NCBI GenBank assembly: GCA_040386535.1 | Contig: JAZKFH010000014.1 | Coordinates: 1 to 57,428, forward strand | DNA length: 57,428 nt | Direction of reading: 5' to 3' | Origin: Myxococcota bacterium | Lineage (GTDB): Bacteria > Myxococcota_A > UBA796 > SXON01 | Shown here: piece after piece, positions 28,500 to 38,053 of the stretch | Layout: each line of letters opens with the position of its first letter | Numbering within the stretch: the first letter of the stretch is position 1 | Position numbers and translations under genes: made by a program | Notes under the pieces: generated by a model | The model's input: only the letters and a program-made list of their open reading frames with translations | Databases searched by the model: none | Told to the model about the DNA's origin: nothing

Positions 28500-30206
28500 G
28501 TGAAGCTCCATCGCCCCGCCGTGATCACCCTCGCCCTGTTTGTCGGCCTCCCTGCGCTGGGCGTCGGGAACGCCGAGGCGGCCTTCATCCGGCGTAGCGC
28601 CGTCAAGGTGAAGACCGACAGCAGCATCGGGAGCACGTACCACCGCGTCACCACCACGGTGAGCGGCGACGCCGGCGCCGTGGCAACGGTCACCGCCCAG
28701 CTCGAGTCCGACGGCGGGGAGGAGGACCTCCCGCTCGTCGAGTCGGACGCGTGGATGCACGGCGCCGCCACGATCGCGGCCCTGCCCGCCGCCGACGCCG
28801 ACCTCACGGTGACCCTCTACGACAACGCCAGCGCCTCGCTGATCTCCTTCTCCGGCACGCTCGGCAAGGACGGATCGGTCACCCTCACGGCCGACACGGC
28901 CCCGCCGACCGACGGCGAGGCCTGCGTGTCGCGGACGGGCTGCGCCGAGGAGACCACGCGCGCGGACGCCCTCGACATCGAGCTCCTCGCCGCCGAGGTG
29001 TTCGCCGCGTCGAAGGGGTACGACGTGGCCCTCGACCTCGCGGGCGCGGACACGTACGGCGTGGCCTACGCCACCATCACGGTCACCGAGCCGGGCGCCC
29101 CGGTCTGCGTCGCCACGGACGAGAAGGGCAACTGCCTGAAGTGGGAGGACACCAAGGAGGTGAGCACCCGCTCCGAGGTGTTCTGGGACGAGGTCGGCTC
29201 GGTGTGGGAGGCCGACGCCACCCTCGCGCACGAGGGCCTGGTCGAGCTCAAGGTGAAGGTGTACAGCGCCGAGGGCGAGAAGCTCGAGACGGTCAAATCC
29301 AAGCTCGGGGCGCCCTGGCGGGATGACGGGGAGGGCGTCGGCGCGCTCGCGACGGACGAGGATCCGCTGACCCGGGTGGCGCTTCACAAGCACTACGGCG
29401 CGCTTCAGCACTGGCACGCCATGAGCGTCGCCTCCGAAGGCTGGACCGCCAGCGACGCCCTCCCCGTCGACGCCGAGGTCGAGCTCACCAACGGCGACAC
29501 GATCACCATCCCGGTGAACAGCTACCAGCGCCCGGGCCACACGCCGACCCAATCGGAGGCGAGCATCCTGTTCAGCCTCCTCGACACGGCGGGGCGCATC
29601 GTCATCGACGACGGCGACGGCGGCGGCGCGACCTTCGACGTGTCGAGCCTGGAGGAGCTGCGCTCCCCGGTGTGCTCGGACGGCTTCTGTGTCGTGGTGT
29701 CAGAGACCGGACGCGGATCCCACGCGCTCTCGGTGACCGCGTACGGGCCCATCGCCACGGACCTCCCAGACCGCGTCGAGGTCGAGCTCACGGCGTTCGA
29801 TGCCTCCGGTGACACGTCCGACTCGGAGACGGTGTCCGTCGCGTTCGACGACGAGATCACCGCCGTTTTCGCCAGCGAGGTGAGCTTCGCGGGGGATCCC
29901 GTCGGCCTCGGCCTCTCGGGCAAGGTGAAGCTGCTCGGCGAGCCGAACCGCCGGGGCAAGCAGGAGACGCTCGCCAAGGGCAAGTTCTTCGGGGACCTGA
30001 CACGTGACGGCGACGGCGATCTGGAGCTGGCAGGCGCCGACAAGGACGGGGTCGTGTCGAGCGGGGGAATCGTCCGGGCCGGAGAGGCGATCACGCTCGG
30101 CGCCGACCGCGAGGGCGCCCCGCCGCCGGTGGTCGCCTCCTACGCCGTGGACGACCGCGGCGGGGTCAGCCCGAGGCTGGACATCGTGGCCCGCTACTCG
30201 TACTGA
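28500..30206 (+). CDS. Secreted beta-rich hypothetical protein
   Basis: Signal ending AEA; strong GC3 bias. Confidence 0.8.
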   Translation: MKLHRPAVITLALFVGLPALGVGNAEAAFIRRSAVKVKTDSSIGSTYHRVTTTVSGDAGAVATVTAQLESDGGEEDLPLVESDAWMHGAATIAALPAADADLTVTLYDNASASLISFSGTLGKDGSVTLTADTAPPTDGEACVSRTGCAEETTRADALDIELLAAEVFAASKGYDVALDLAGADTYGVAYATITVTEPGAPVCVATDEKGNCLKWEDTKEVSTRSEVFWDEVGSVWEADATLAHEGLVELKVKVYSAEGEKLETVKSKLGAPWRDDGEGVGALATDEDPLTRVALHKHYGALQHWHAMSVASEGWTASDALPVDAEVELTNGDTITIPVNSYQRPGHTPTQSEASILFSLLDTAGRIVIDDGDGGGATFDVSSLEELRSPVCSDGFCVVVSETGRGSHALSVTAYGPIATDLPDRVEVELTAFDASGDTSDSETVSVAFDDEITAVFASEVSFAGDPVGLGLSGKVKLLGEPNRRGKQETLAKGKFFGDLTRDGDGDLELAGADKDGVVSSGGIVRAGEAITLGADREGAPPPVVASYAVDDRGGVSPRLDIVARYSY

Positions 30207-30280
30207 GCCGCGCTGCCGGCGAGCCCCGCCCGCCCGTGGAGCCGCCCGCCCGGCGCCACCACCGGGCGGCCTCCGCCGCG

Positions 30281-30436
30281 CCCGCGCCAAGGGCGCGGAG
30301 GGCAGCCGCCTCCGGCGGCTGGTCCGGCCGGGCGGCGCGGTGCCAAGAGCGGTCCCAATGCCGCTCTGCCCGGCCGACCAAGCGGCTCCGCCGCGCGCCC
30401 GGAGCCGACCTGCCCCGCGTCCGCGCGGGGGCGCCC
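30281..30436. repeat. Dispersed ~156-bp multi-hairpin repeat, copy 1
   Basis: Near-identical flanking arms to 55463-55620. Confidence 0.9.
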
Positions 30437-30543
30437 TCGTCCTCCGCCGGACCGCGCCGCCGACACCGCGGGCATGCCCGACACGGACGCCGACACGGAC
30501 ACCGACAACCATCGGCGTTACCCCAACTCGCCCGGAGGGAACG

Positions 30544-33228
30544 ATGGACGTTGCGCAGAGGGTGAACACGGCCTGGAACCGGATCGAGGTGTGGTTCGGG
30601 GCACATGCGCCGATCCTCGCGCGCTCCCTGCGCCCCGGCGCACCGGAGGCGGACATTCGCGCGACCGAACGTGTCCTCCGTGTGCGGTTCCCGTCGGACA
30701 TCGTGGCGTCGCTGCTGCGGCACGACGGTCAGGACGCCGTCGGCCGGCGTGACCGCACCTTCGTTTGCTCGCGCTACCGGCTCCTCTCCTTGCGCGAGAT
30801 GGTCTCGGAGGCGCGCGAATGGGCCGCGCTGCGAGGCGACTTCGCGCAGGTGCCCGTGGACGCCGACCCGAGCGTGGAGGCCGCGATCTGGACCCGCCAC
30901 CGCATCCCGCTCGGCAAGGACGGCAGCGGCGACCTCGTGTCGGTCGACATGCGGCCGACCCGGTGGGGCACGCCCGGCCAACTCGTCGCAAGCAGCCACG
31001 ACGGAGAGGGGGTGCCTCTCGTGGCGCCGTCGTGGGTGGTGTACCTGGAGCGGCTGGCGGAGGACCTCGAGGCGGGGCGCTACCCCGTCGCGCAGGACTA
31101 CGGCGGGCTCGACGGGCGGCGCGGCGGGGCGCCGCTCTTCCCCCTGCCGCGTCCGGACGTGGAGGAGAGCCCGCTTCCCCCCTTCGATGAGCGCTTCCCC
31201 GGCGAGCCGGGTGCCCCCGCGGGCGCGGAGGTCCAGTGGGCGAAGTCGCTCGCTGAGGCGCTCGCGGAGCCCGAGCGCTTCACGCACCGGCTGGCCGTGG
31301 AGGAGGTCGTGCTTCCGCCGGAGATCGGCCGCCTGCGGTGGCTCTCCGCGCTCTCCGTGAAGGAGGCGCCCGAGCTCCCCGCAGAGATCGGCTACCTCAC
31401 GCGCCTCGACACGCTCAACGCGTGGGACACCGGCTGGCGCCGGCTGCCCTCGTCCTTTGCCGCCGTCGGTTGCGACGGGCCGGGCCTCCGGCTCTCGCTC
31501 CCGGGCAACCCCTTCGACGCTCTCCCCGACGTGCTTCGCGCGATGCCGCACCTCGTCGGGCTCGACCTCCGGAGGTGCCGCCTCGGCGCCAGCGGCGCCA
31601 GCGGCGCGGAGCTGGGGGAGTGGCCCCGCCTGCACGCGCTGGCCCTCGCGAACAACGGCCTGGAGGCGCTCCCCGCGGGGCTCGAGGGCCTCTCGGCGCT
31701 CCGCGCGCTCGATCTCTCAAGGAACGCGCTCCGACCCGAGGCCGTAGAGCGGCTGGGTTCGCTCGCGGGGCTGGAGTCCCTGAACCTGAGCGGCTGCGAG
31801 CTCACCGCGCTCCCGACCACGTGGACCGCCCTGGGCGCGCTCCAGAGCCTCGATGTGAGCAACAACGCCGCGCTCGCACGCCTCCCGGCGCTCCATCTCC
31901 CCGCCTTGCAGACCCTCGACGTGGGGTACACGCCGATCGTAGCCGCGGCGGATCTGTTGCCCCTGCTCGCGGGGTGTCCGTCGTTGAAGCGGGTGCGCCT
32001 CTCGTCGACCCCGATCGGCTACCTCGACGAGGAGCTCACGATCCTCCGGGCGCGGTTCCCGGGCGTGGAGTTCGACGCGACCGGCGGCGGCATCGACGTG
32101 TTGGGACCGGAGCACCTGCCCCTCGTGACCCGCCTCGCGAAGGTGAAGTCGGCCACCTACGCGGCGACGAGCTGGCTGGAGCTCTGGAGCCCCTCCGGCC
32201 TCGCCGCGCGCGGGGAGGCCGCGCGTCTACTGGCCGCGCTCGACGCCGGCACCCCGGTCGACACCCCCAACGAGGACGGCGAGACGCTTCTCCACATCGT
32301 CGCGGAGAACGGCCACCTCGAGTTGGTGGAGCTGCTCCTCGATCGGGGCGCCGCGATCGAGGCGACCGAGAAGAATTCGAAGACCCCGCTCTACCTCGCG
32401 TGCGAGGCCGCGTCGGAGGCGGCGGCGCGCCTCCTCGTGGCGCGGGGCGCGGACGTGAAGGCGCAGACCCGTTGGCGGCAGGGCCCGGTGTTCGCGGCCC
32501 TCGAATACGGCCACGGTGACCTCGCGCGCTGGCTCCTCTCCGTGGGCGCGCCCCCGGTGGGTGACAACGTGCTGCTCCACGCCGCGGCCCTCGGTGACAC
32601 CGCGCTGATCGCGGAGGTGCTCGACGGGGGCGCGGTCCGCGACGAGCGGGACTACGAGGGCCGTGACGCGCTGGGCCGGGCCGCGACCGAGGGCCATACG
32701 GGCGCGGTGGAGCTCCTGCACCGCCGCGGGTTCGCGGCGGCGGGGAGCGGCGCGTTGCCCTGGGCCGCGCACCGGGGACATTCCGCGCTCGTGCGCCGGC
32801 TGCTCGCGCTCGGCGCGGAGGTGGACGAGACGGAGGGCTTCGGAAACACCGCGCTCGCGCGCGCGGCCACGAAGGGCTTCGCCGACCTCGTCGACTTGCT
32901 CCTGAAGGCGGGCGCGAACCCCGCGCCGCACGCGAGGTGTTCGGCGCTGCACGGCGCCGCGGTCGAGGGCCACGCACCGGTGGTGGCGACGCTGCTCGCG
33001 GCGGGCACCCCGGTCGACGCGCCGTACGACGGCAAGACGGCGCTCGAGGTGGCGGCGCGGCGGGGCCGGACCGAGGTCGTGGAGGTGCTGCTCGCGGCGG
33101 GAGCGGTGGTCACGGACGGGACGGTCGCGGCGGCGCGCAGCTGGGGCGATGCCCCCTTGGTCGCGCGGCTCGAGGCGCTGCTGCCCGCGCCCCGCCCCCC
33201 GCAGGCAGGCCCGCAGACCACCTCGTAG
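30544..33228 (+). CDS. SMI1/KNR4 (SUKH) - leucine-rich repeat - ankyrin repeat fusion protein
   Basis: LRPGA..I...E..L...P......HDGQ, IPLGKDGSGD..VD.RP...GTPGQ; LxxLxLxxN repeats; GETLLH/KTPL/NTAL/KTAL ankyrins. Confidence 0.88.
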   Translation: MDVAQRVNTAWNRIEVWFGAHAPILARSLRPGAPEADIRATERVLRVRFPSDIVASLLRHDGQDAVGRRDRTFVCSRYRLLSLREMVSEAREWAALRGDFAQVPVDADPSVEAAIWTRHRIPLGKDGSGDLVSVDMRPTRWGTPGQLVASSHDGEGVPLVAPSWVVYLERLAEDLEAGRYPVAQDYGGLDGRRGGAPLFPLPRPDVEESPLPPFDERFPGEPGAPAGAEVQWAKSLAEALAEPERFTHRLAVEEVVLPPEIGRLRWLSALSVKEAPELPAEIGYLTRLDTLNAWDTGWRRLPSSFAAVGCDGPGLRLSLPGNPFDALPDVLRAMPHLVGLDLRRCRLGASGASGAELGEWPRLHALALANNGLEALPAGLEGLSALRALDLSRNALRPEAVERLGSLAGLESLNLSGCELTALPTTWTALGALQSLDVSNNAALARLPALHLPALQTLDVGYTPIVAAADLLPLLAGCPSLKRVRLSSTPIGYLDEELTILRARFPGVEFDATGGGIDVLGPEHLPLVTRLAKVKSATYAATSWLELWSPSGLAARGEAARLLAALDAGTPVDTPNEDGETLLHIVAENGHLELVELLLDRGAAIEATEKNSKTPLYLACEAASEAAARLLVARGADVKAQTRWRQGPVFAALEYGHGDLARWLLSVGAPPVGDNVLLHAAALGDTALIAEVLDGGAVRDERDYEGRDALGRAATEGHTGAVELLHRRGFAAAGSGALPWAAHRGHSALVRRLLALGAEVDETEGFGNTALARAATKGFADLVDLLLKAGANPAPHARCSALHGAAVEGHAPVVATLLAAGTPVDAPYDGKTALEVAARRGRTEVVEVLLAAGAVVTDGTVAAARSWGDAPLVARLEALLPAPRPPQAGPQTTS

Positions 33229-33258
33229 GCAGTGACGTAGCACTCCCGACGGTCGGGC

Positions 33259-33984
33259 CTACTCCGCGGCCGGCAACGTCGGGTCGTCGTAGTTCACCGC
33301 CTCGACGGTGCCAACGGTCTCGCAGGGGAAGGTGATTCCTGCCATGTCGGCCGCGGTGTCACACTGGCTTCCGGAGCAGCTCATCGCGAACGTCCACTCG
33401 AGGTCCGCCGCCCACCGTTGCGAGAACGTGTGGCTGACGCCCTCCACATCGAACGTGCGTTCGGTGAACACGCCCCCCATCTCGAGGCCCCAGTAGATCG
33501 TGGCGTCGACCCCGTAGCTGGCGAGGTTCATCCCGGTCGCGGTGGCATTGCACCAGAAGTCGCCTTCGAGATGGTAGGTGCAGTTCACGATCTGGTTTGC
33601 GTTCGCGGTGGCCTGCTCGTCGAATACCTGCGGGCCGGGATCCACGTGGGAGAGCGTGATCGAGTCCCAGATCACCAGGCTGTAGGGGTTGGAGTTGACC
33701 TCACACGCGTTGCCGCCCAACTGAAGGTCGCTCACGAAGAACAGCACGCCCTCGCCGGGGCCGTTCTCCACGAAGTCCATGTCCAGCTCGGTGTCGGTGT
33801 CCGTATCGGTGTCCGTGTCCGTATCGGTGTCCGTATCGGTGTCGGTGTCCGTATCCGTGTCGGTATCGGTGTCGGTGTCGGTGTCCGTGTCGGTGTCCGC
33901 GTCGCCGGACTCGGCGGTGTCGGTGTCGGCAGGGTCGGCCGCGGAAGTGCAGGCGAGGAGGGTCAGCAGCGAGAGGGTGCGCAC
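33259..33984 (-). CDS. Lipoprotein with long (Asp-Thr)n linker
   Basis: GTG start, LLTLLAC lipobox; DT repeat at ~33790-33900 with mixed codons. Confidence 0.82.
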   Translation of the reverse strand: MRTLSLLTLLACTSAADPADTDTAESGDADTDTDTDTDTDTDTDTDTDTDTDTDTDTDTDTDTDTELDMDFVENGPGEGVLFFVSDLQLGGNACEVNSNPYSLVIWDSITLSHVDPGPQVFDEQATANANQIVNCTYHLEGDFWCNATATGMNLASYGVDATIYWGLEMGGVFTERTFDVEGVSHTFSQRWAADLEWTFAMSCSGSQCDTAADMAGITFPCETVGTVEAVNYDDPTLPAAE

Positions 33985-34062
33985 GGGGGCCTGGGTGAGG
34001 CTGCACGGTAGCGCCTTGGCGGCGGGCCGTGACCTCACGCGGATCTCTCATCGGAACCGGGG

Positions 34063-35040
34063 CTACGGAGGGACCGCCAGGTACGAGACGTTGACCTGGT
34101 CCCCCTCTACGAGGGGCACGCCATCGAGGTCGACCGCGTTCACGTCCGCGTCGTAGCGGAACGCGGCCACGTCGAGGGGGACGCCGGCGACGGAGATCGC
34201 GAGCGTCGCCGGGTCCGCGCGCGCGGTGAGCGCGAAGATGTTCGTGCGGTGGAACATCTCCGTCACCGCCTCGAGCGCGGGTTCGTACGGGGTGTCGTCC
34301 ACACTCTGGCTCACCCCGCCGATCTCCTCGGCGAGGCTCGAATAGTCGGTTCCGTAGGAGATCGCGTGGAAGTGGAGCGACCCCGGATCGGGCCGCAGCG
34401 CCTGGAGGTACGCGACCAGTGCCTCGTGGGTGGGCTCCTCCTCGCTGCCGTCGTCCTCGTCGCTGTGGACGACGATGTCGAGCTCGGCACCCTCGCGGAG
34501 GAAGCCGGCGTTCGGCTGGCCGTCCGCCGTGTATTGGAGCCCGAGCCAAATCGCGCGCCGGCCGGTTTCGGCGCTGGTTTCGTCCGGCACACGCTTCACC
34601 AGCTCGGTCAGCGTCGTGGCGGGGTCGGGCGTCGCGTCGTCCACCCACCGCGCGCCCTCGTACTCCTCCAGCGTGCCGAGCCACTCGTTCGCGTCGATGT
34701 CGACCACACCGGCGTGGAAGTCGACACCACGCGCGAGCCAGCTCGTCACCGCCAATTCGACCGCCGCGGCGAAGGTGTCGTTCTTGCCGTTCATCGAGCT
34801 CGAGTTGTCGACGATGAAGAGCACGTCCACCTGCGGGCGCGCGTACGTGAACGTGTCGGTGACCGGCGGCGGCGAGGTGTCTGCGGTGTCGTCCACCTCG
34901 TCCGTGTCGTCCACCTCGTCGGTGTCCTCCCTCTCGTCGGTGTCGAGCGGGGGCCCGTCCGTGTCGGCGGGGTCAAGGCCCACGCCCGCCACCGTGGGGG
35001 CGCACGCGTCGAGGAGGAGGGCGAGGAATGGCAAGGGCAA
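34063..35040 (-). CDS. Probable lipoprotein with vWA domain
   Basis: VDVLFIVDNSSSM MIDAS, FLREGA, SDEDD; acidic linker; GAGAGGAG SD. Confidence 0.82.
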   Translation of the reverse strand: MPLPFLALLLDACAPTVAGVGLDPADTDGPPLDTDEREDTDEVDDTDEVDDTADTSPPPVTDTFTYARPQVDVLFIVDNSSSMNGKNDTFAAAVELAVTSWLARGVDFHAGVVDIDANEWLGTLEEYEGARWVDDATPDPATTLTELVKRVPDETSAETGRRAIWLGLQYTADGQPNAGFLREGAELDIVVHSDEDDGSEEEPTHEALVAYLQALRPDPGSLHFHAISYGTDYSSLAEEIGGVSQSVDDTPYEPALEAVTEMFHRTNIFALTARADPATLAISVAGVPLDVAAFRYDADVNAVDLDGVPLVEGDQVNVSYLAVPP

Positions 35041-35142
35041 ACTCCTCTCACAAGCTTAATCGCGCTTCCCTGGCCGACAGCCGCCAGGCCGCTCGGGCCT
35101 GCCCCGGACAGAACCAAGCGCACCGCGCCCTGGTTCCCGCGC

Positions 35143-36081
35143 CTACGGCGTCTGGTCCAGGAACGCGGCAACCCGGCGCTCGTAGTCGGCGGGATCGGCT
35201 TCCCGGATGGCGCCGTGGGCGCCCACCTCAGGGAACCAGGCGCGCTTGGGGCCTGGATACGCCGCGGCGAGCTCCTCGGTCTGGCCGACGGGCGCGACGC
35301 CGTCCTGCTTGCTGTGGATGAAGAAGACCGGCACGGTGCCCGCGAGGCGCACGGATCGCTCCGGGCTCGCCAGCCCGGAGAACCGGCCGCGGAGCATTGT
35401 CAGATCGATGAGGAGCCGGGTGAACCACGCCGGGATCGATGGCGCCTGGGGCGACTCGGTGATGAGCCGCTGGAAGCTCGCCATCGGGTTCTCCGCGATG
35501 ACGCCCGCGAGCCTCGGCATCTCGGGCAGCGCGACGAGGATCGCGGCCGCGCCTACCGAGTTTCCCATCGCGAGCACCTCGTCGTACCGGCCGGTGAGGA
35601 ACGGGTAGGCCGAGAGCACGTCGCGGGACTCGCGCTCGCCGTAGGTCAGGCCGGGGACGGGACAGGGCGCTTCGCCGTGGCAGCCGAGGTCGAGCGTCAG
35701 CACGTCGAGGTGGCGCCCCAGGTAGAAGCGCACGTGCCGGGTGAGCTCGCGCCGGTCGGAGCCGCCGCCATGGATGAGCATGATCGCTCCCTCGGCAGGG
35801 CCGAGGCCGTTGTCCGCCGCGCTGACGAGCCAGCCGGGCAGCTCATACCCGTTGAGCGAGGGCACCTCCACCTCCCTGAATTGGAGCGCGTGGGTCGTGC
35901 GCAAGTTGCCACAACCCTCGCCCCAGTGCTCGGCCAACTCGAGGCCGCATACGGAGAGATCCTTCGTCACACCGGGATGGGACGGGAAGAGGATCTGGTT
36001 GCTGGCGGACCACAATCCGCCGCCGAGCGCCAAGGGGAGCACGAGGGGCACGAGGGCCACGAGCCATTTGAGCCGGCTCAT
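35143..36081 (-). CDS. Alpha/beta hydrolase
   Basis: IHGGG, GNSVG nucleophile elbow, HSKQD, GAH; TGATG coupling to upstream gene. Confidence 0.88.
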   Translation of the reverse strand: MSRLKWLVALVPLVLPLALGGGLWSASNQILFPSHPGVTKDLSVCGLELAEHWGEGCGNLRTTHALQFREVEVPSLNGYELPGWLVSAADNGLGPAEGAIMLIHGGGSDRRELTRHVRFYLGRHLDVLTLDLGCHGEAPCPVPGLTYGERESRDVLSAYPFLTGRYDEVLAMGNSVGAAAILVALPEMPRLAGVIAENPMASFQRLITESPQAPSIPAWFTRLLIDLTMLRGRFSGLASPERSVRLAGTVPVFFIHSKQDGVAPVGQTEELAAAYPGPKRAWFPEVGAHGAIREADPADYERRVAAFLDQTP

Positions 36082-36566
36082 CACGAAATCCGTCGAAGGA
36101 TCTCGTCGACCTTGTCGGTCCCTTCCGCGAGGATCTCGGCGAAGCCGATCTTCCGCGCGGCCTCGCGATCGGCGAACGACCGGAAACGAGTGACCAGCGT
36201 CCACTTCGTCTGGTCGCCAACCGTTTCGAGCGTCACTGTCGTCACGTTGTCGTGCGGGCCGCCGGTGTGCTCGGCGCTCTCCCAGGCGAGCTTCTCGGGC
36301 GCCACCACCTCGAGGAAGATGAACGTCATGGCGAATTCGTGGCCTTCAGGCGTGCGCATCACGTGGCGCCACCGGCCGCCGGGGCGAACGTCCATCTCGC
36401 AGACCGGGCTCGTGAAGCCGCGACCGCCGTACCACTCCGCCACGTGTCTCGGGTCGGTGAGCGCCGCCCATACGACCTCACGGGGTGCGTCGAAGGTGCG
36501 ACGCATCACGATCACCGGCCCCTCGGCCGGGCTGGAGTCGACTTCGAGCGTTTGGGAACGTTTCAC
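36081..36566 (-). CDS. SRPBCC/AHSA1 domain protein
   Basis: RTFDAPREVVW.ALTDP..V..WYG, CEMDVRPGG.W. Confidence 0.92.
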   Translation of the reverse strand: MKRSQTLEVDSSPAEGPVIVMRRTFDAPREVVWAALTDPRHVAEWYGGRGFTSPVCEMDVRPGGRWRHVMRTPEGHEFAMTFIFLEVVAPEKLAWESAEHTGGPHDNVTTVTLETVGDQTKWTLVTRFRSFADREAARKIGFAEILAEGTDKVDEILRRIS

Positions 36567-36931
36567 TTGGTGTCCTCGTTGGAGTTGCGCTGCGAGTGGG
36601 GGGAGGGTCGCCCCTGCATTTCCTTGACGTACTCGGAGAGGCTGTCCAGGCTGCGATCCCAGAAGCGCCGGTACTCCTCGACCAGCTCCGCGACCGCAAG
36701 GAGCGGCGCGGCCTCGAGGTGGCAGGGCCGGTACTGCGCCTCCCGGCTCCGGGAGACGAGCCCGGCCCCCTCCAGCACCTTGATGTGTTTGGATACGGCC
36801 GCGAGGCTCATGTCATAAGGCTCCGCGAGCTCCTTCACGGAGGCGTCGCCGGAGGCGAGCCGGGCCAGGATCCCCCGCCGCGTGGGGTCGGCGATGGCGA
36901 AGAGTGTAGCGCTGAGGGGGTCCGTCTGCAT
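36563..36931 (-). CDS. ArsR/SmtB family regulator
   Basis: ADPTRRGIL, SVKELAEP, AVSKHIKVLE.AGLV. Confidence 0.92.
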   Translation of the reverse strand: MQTDPLSATLFAIADPTRRGILARLASGDASVKELAEPYDMSLAAVSKHIKVLEGAGLVSRSREAQYRPCHLEAAPLLAVAELVEEYRRFWDRSLDSLSEYVKEMQGRPSPHSQRNSNEDTK

Positions 36932-36950
36932 GATCAACCTCGTAGTTGTA

Positions 36951-36978
36951 AACCATATGGTTGTCAACCAACAAGTTG
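36951..36978. promoter_or_regulatory. Putative ArsR operator (AACCATATGGTT plus degenerate CAACCAACAAGTTG)
   Basis: Perfect 12-bp palindrome in an AT-rich island 20 bp upstream of the arsR-like start. Confidence 0.65.
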
Positions 36979-37072
36979 AGCGCGCAGACCGAGATTCCCG
37001 GAAAGAGATCCAACCTCCCCGGGTCTGGGTCTTCCGGTCATCGGGCCCGGTTGCAATGATACAGAAATGCTG

Positions 37073-38044
37073 ATGAACGCCGCGATGTACTTGCGATACG
37101 GCCCGCCTGAGGTGTTGGCGATGGCCGAGGTGGCCAGGCCCGAGCCGCGCGACGACGAGGTGCGCATCGCCATACGGGCTACCACCGCCACCGCCGCGTG
37201 TGGGTTGATGCGCAGGGGTGACACCGCGCTGGCGCGAATCGTCCTGGGCCCGTTGCGGCCGCGCCGGCGCTTCCGCATCTTGGGGACCGAGTTCGCGGGC
37301 GTCATCGATGCCGTCGGGAGCAAGGTGACCCGGTTCCGGCCCGGCGACAGGGTCTATGGCTTCACGGGCATGAAGGCCGGCGCATACGCGGAGTACGTCT
37401 GCCTGAGCGAGACAGCGTCGATCGCTCCGGCGCCGGCCGGCGTGTCCGATCTGGAGGCGGCCACCCTCGTCGACGGGCCCACCACGGCCCTCTACTTCCT
37501 GCGCGACCGTGCCCACCTGCGGCCGGGAGCCCGCCTGGCGATCGTGGGCGCCTCCGGGAGCATCGGGACGGCGGCGGTGCAGATCGCCCGGTACCTGGGG
37601 GCGCACGTCACCGCGGTGTGTAGCGGCAAGAACGCCGAGCTGGTGCGCTCCCTGGGAGCTCACGAGGTCATCGACTACACCCTCCGCGACTACACCGCGC
37701 AGGGCCACCGCTACGACGTGGTGTTCGACACTGTGGGGAAGAGCGCCTTTCGGCAGGCCAGCCGGTGCCTGGTGGACGGCGGCACCTATCTCGTCACCGT
37801 CGGCGGGCTGAGCGTGCTGGTGCTCGACCTGTTGACGCGCGGGTTCTCCCGCACCCGCCTCAGCTTCGGCTTCTCGGTCGAGAAGCGCGAGGCGCTGCGG
37901 GAAGTAGCGATGCTGACCGAAGCCGGGGTGTTGCGGCCCGTGATCGATCGCCAATACCCCCTCGCCCAGATCGCCGAAGCGCACCGCTACGTCGAGACGG
38001 GCCGCAAGCGCGGCAACGTGGTGATCGCCGTCGCCGAGCGGTAG
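37073..38044 (+). CDS. MDR / NAD(P)-dependent oxidoreductase
   Basis: YGPPEVL, GAYAEY, GASGSIG, GRKRGNVV. Confidence 0.9.
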   Translation: MNAAMYLRYGPPEVLAMAEVARPEPRDDEVRIAIRATTATAACGLMRRGDTALARIVLGPLRPRRRFRILGTEFAGVIDAVGSKVTRFRPGDRVYGFTGMKAGAYAEYVCLSETASIAPAPAGVSDLEAATLVDGPTTALYFLRDRAHLRPGARLAIVGASGSIGTAAVQIARYLGAHVTAVCSGKNAELVRSLGAHEVIDYTLRDYTAQGHRYDVVFDTVGKSAFRQASRCLVDGGTYLVTVGGLSVLVLDLLTRGFSRTRLSFGFSVEKREALREVAMLTEAGVLRPVIDRQYPLAQIAEAHRYVETGRKRGNVVIAVAER

Positions 38045-38053
38045 ACCATGTGC

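Noticed and set aside
30004..30543. N-terminal extension of the SUKH ORF
   Set aside because: Overlaps the upstream gene and the dispersed repeat; SD-linked ATG at 30544
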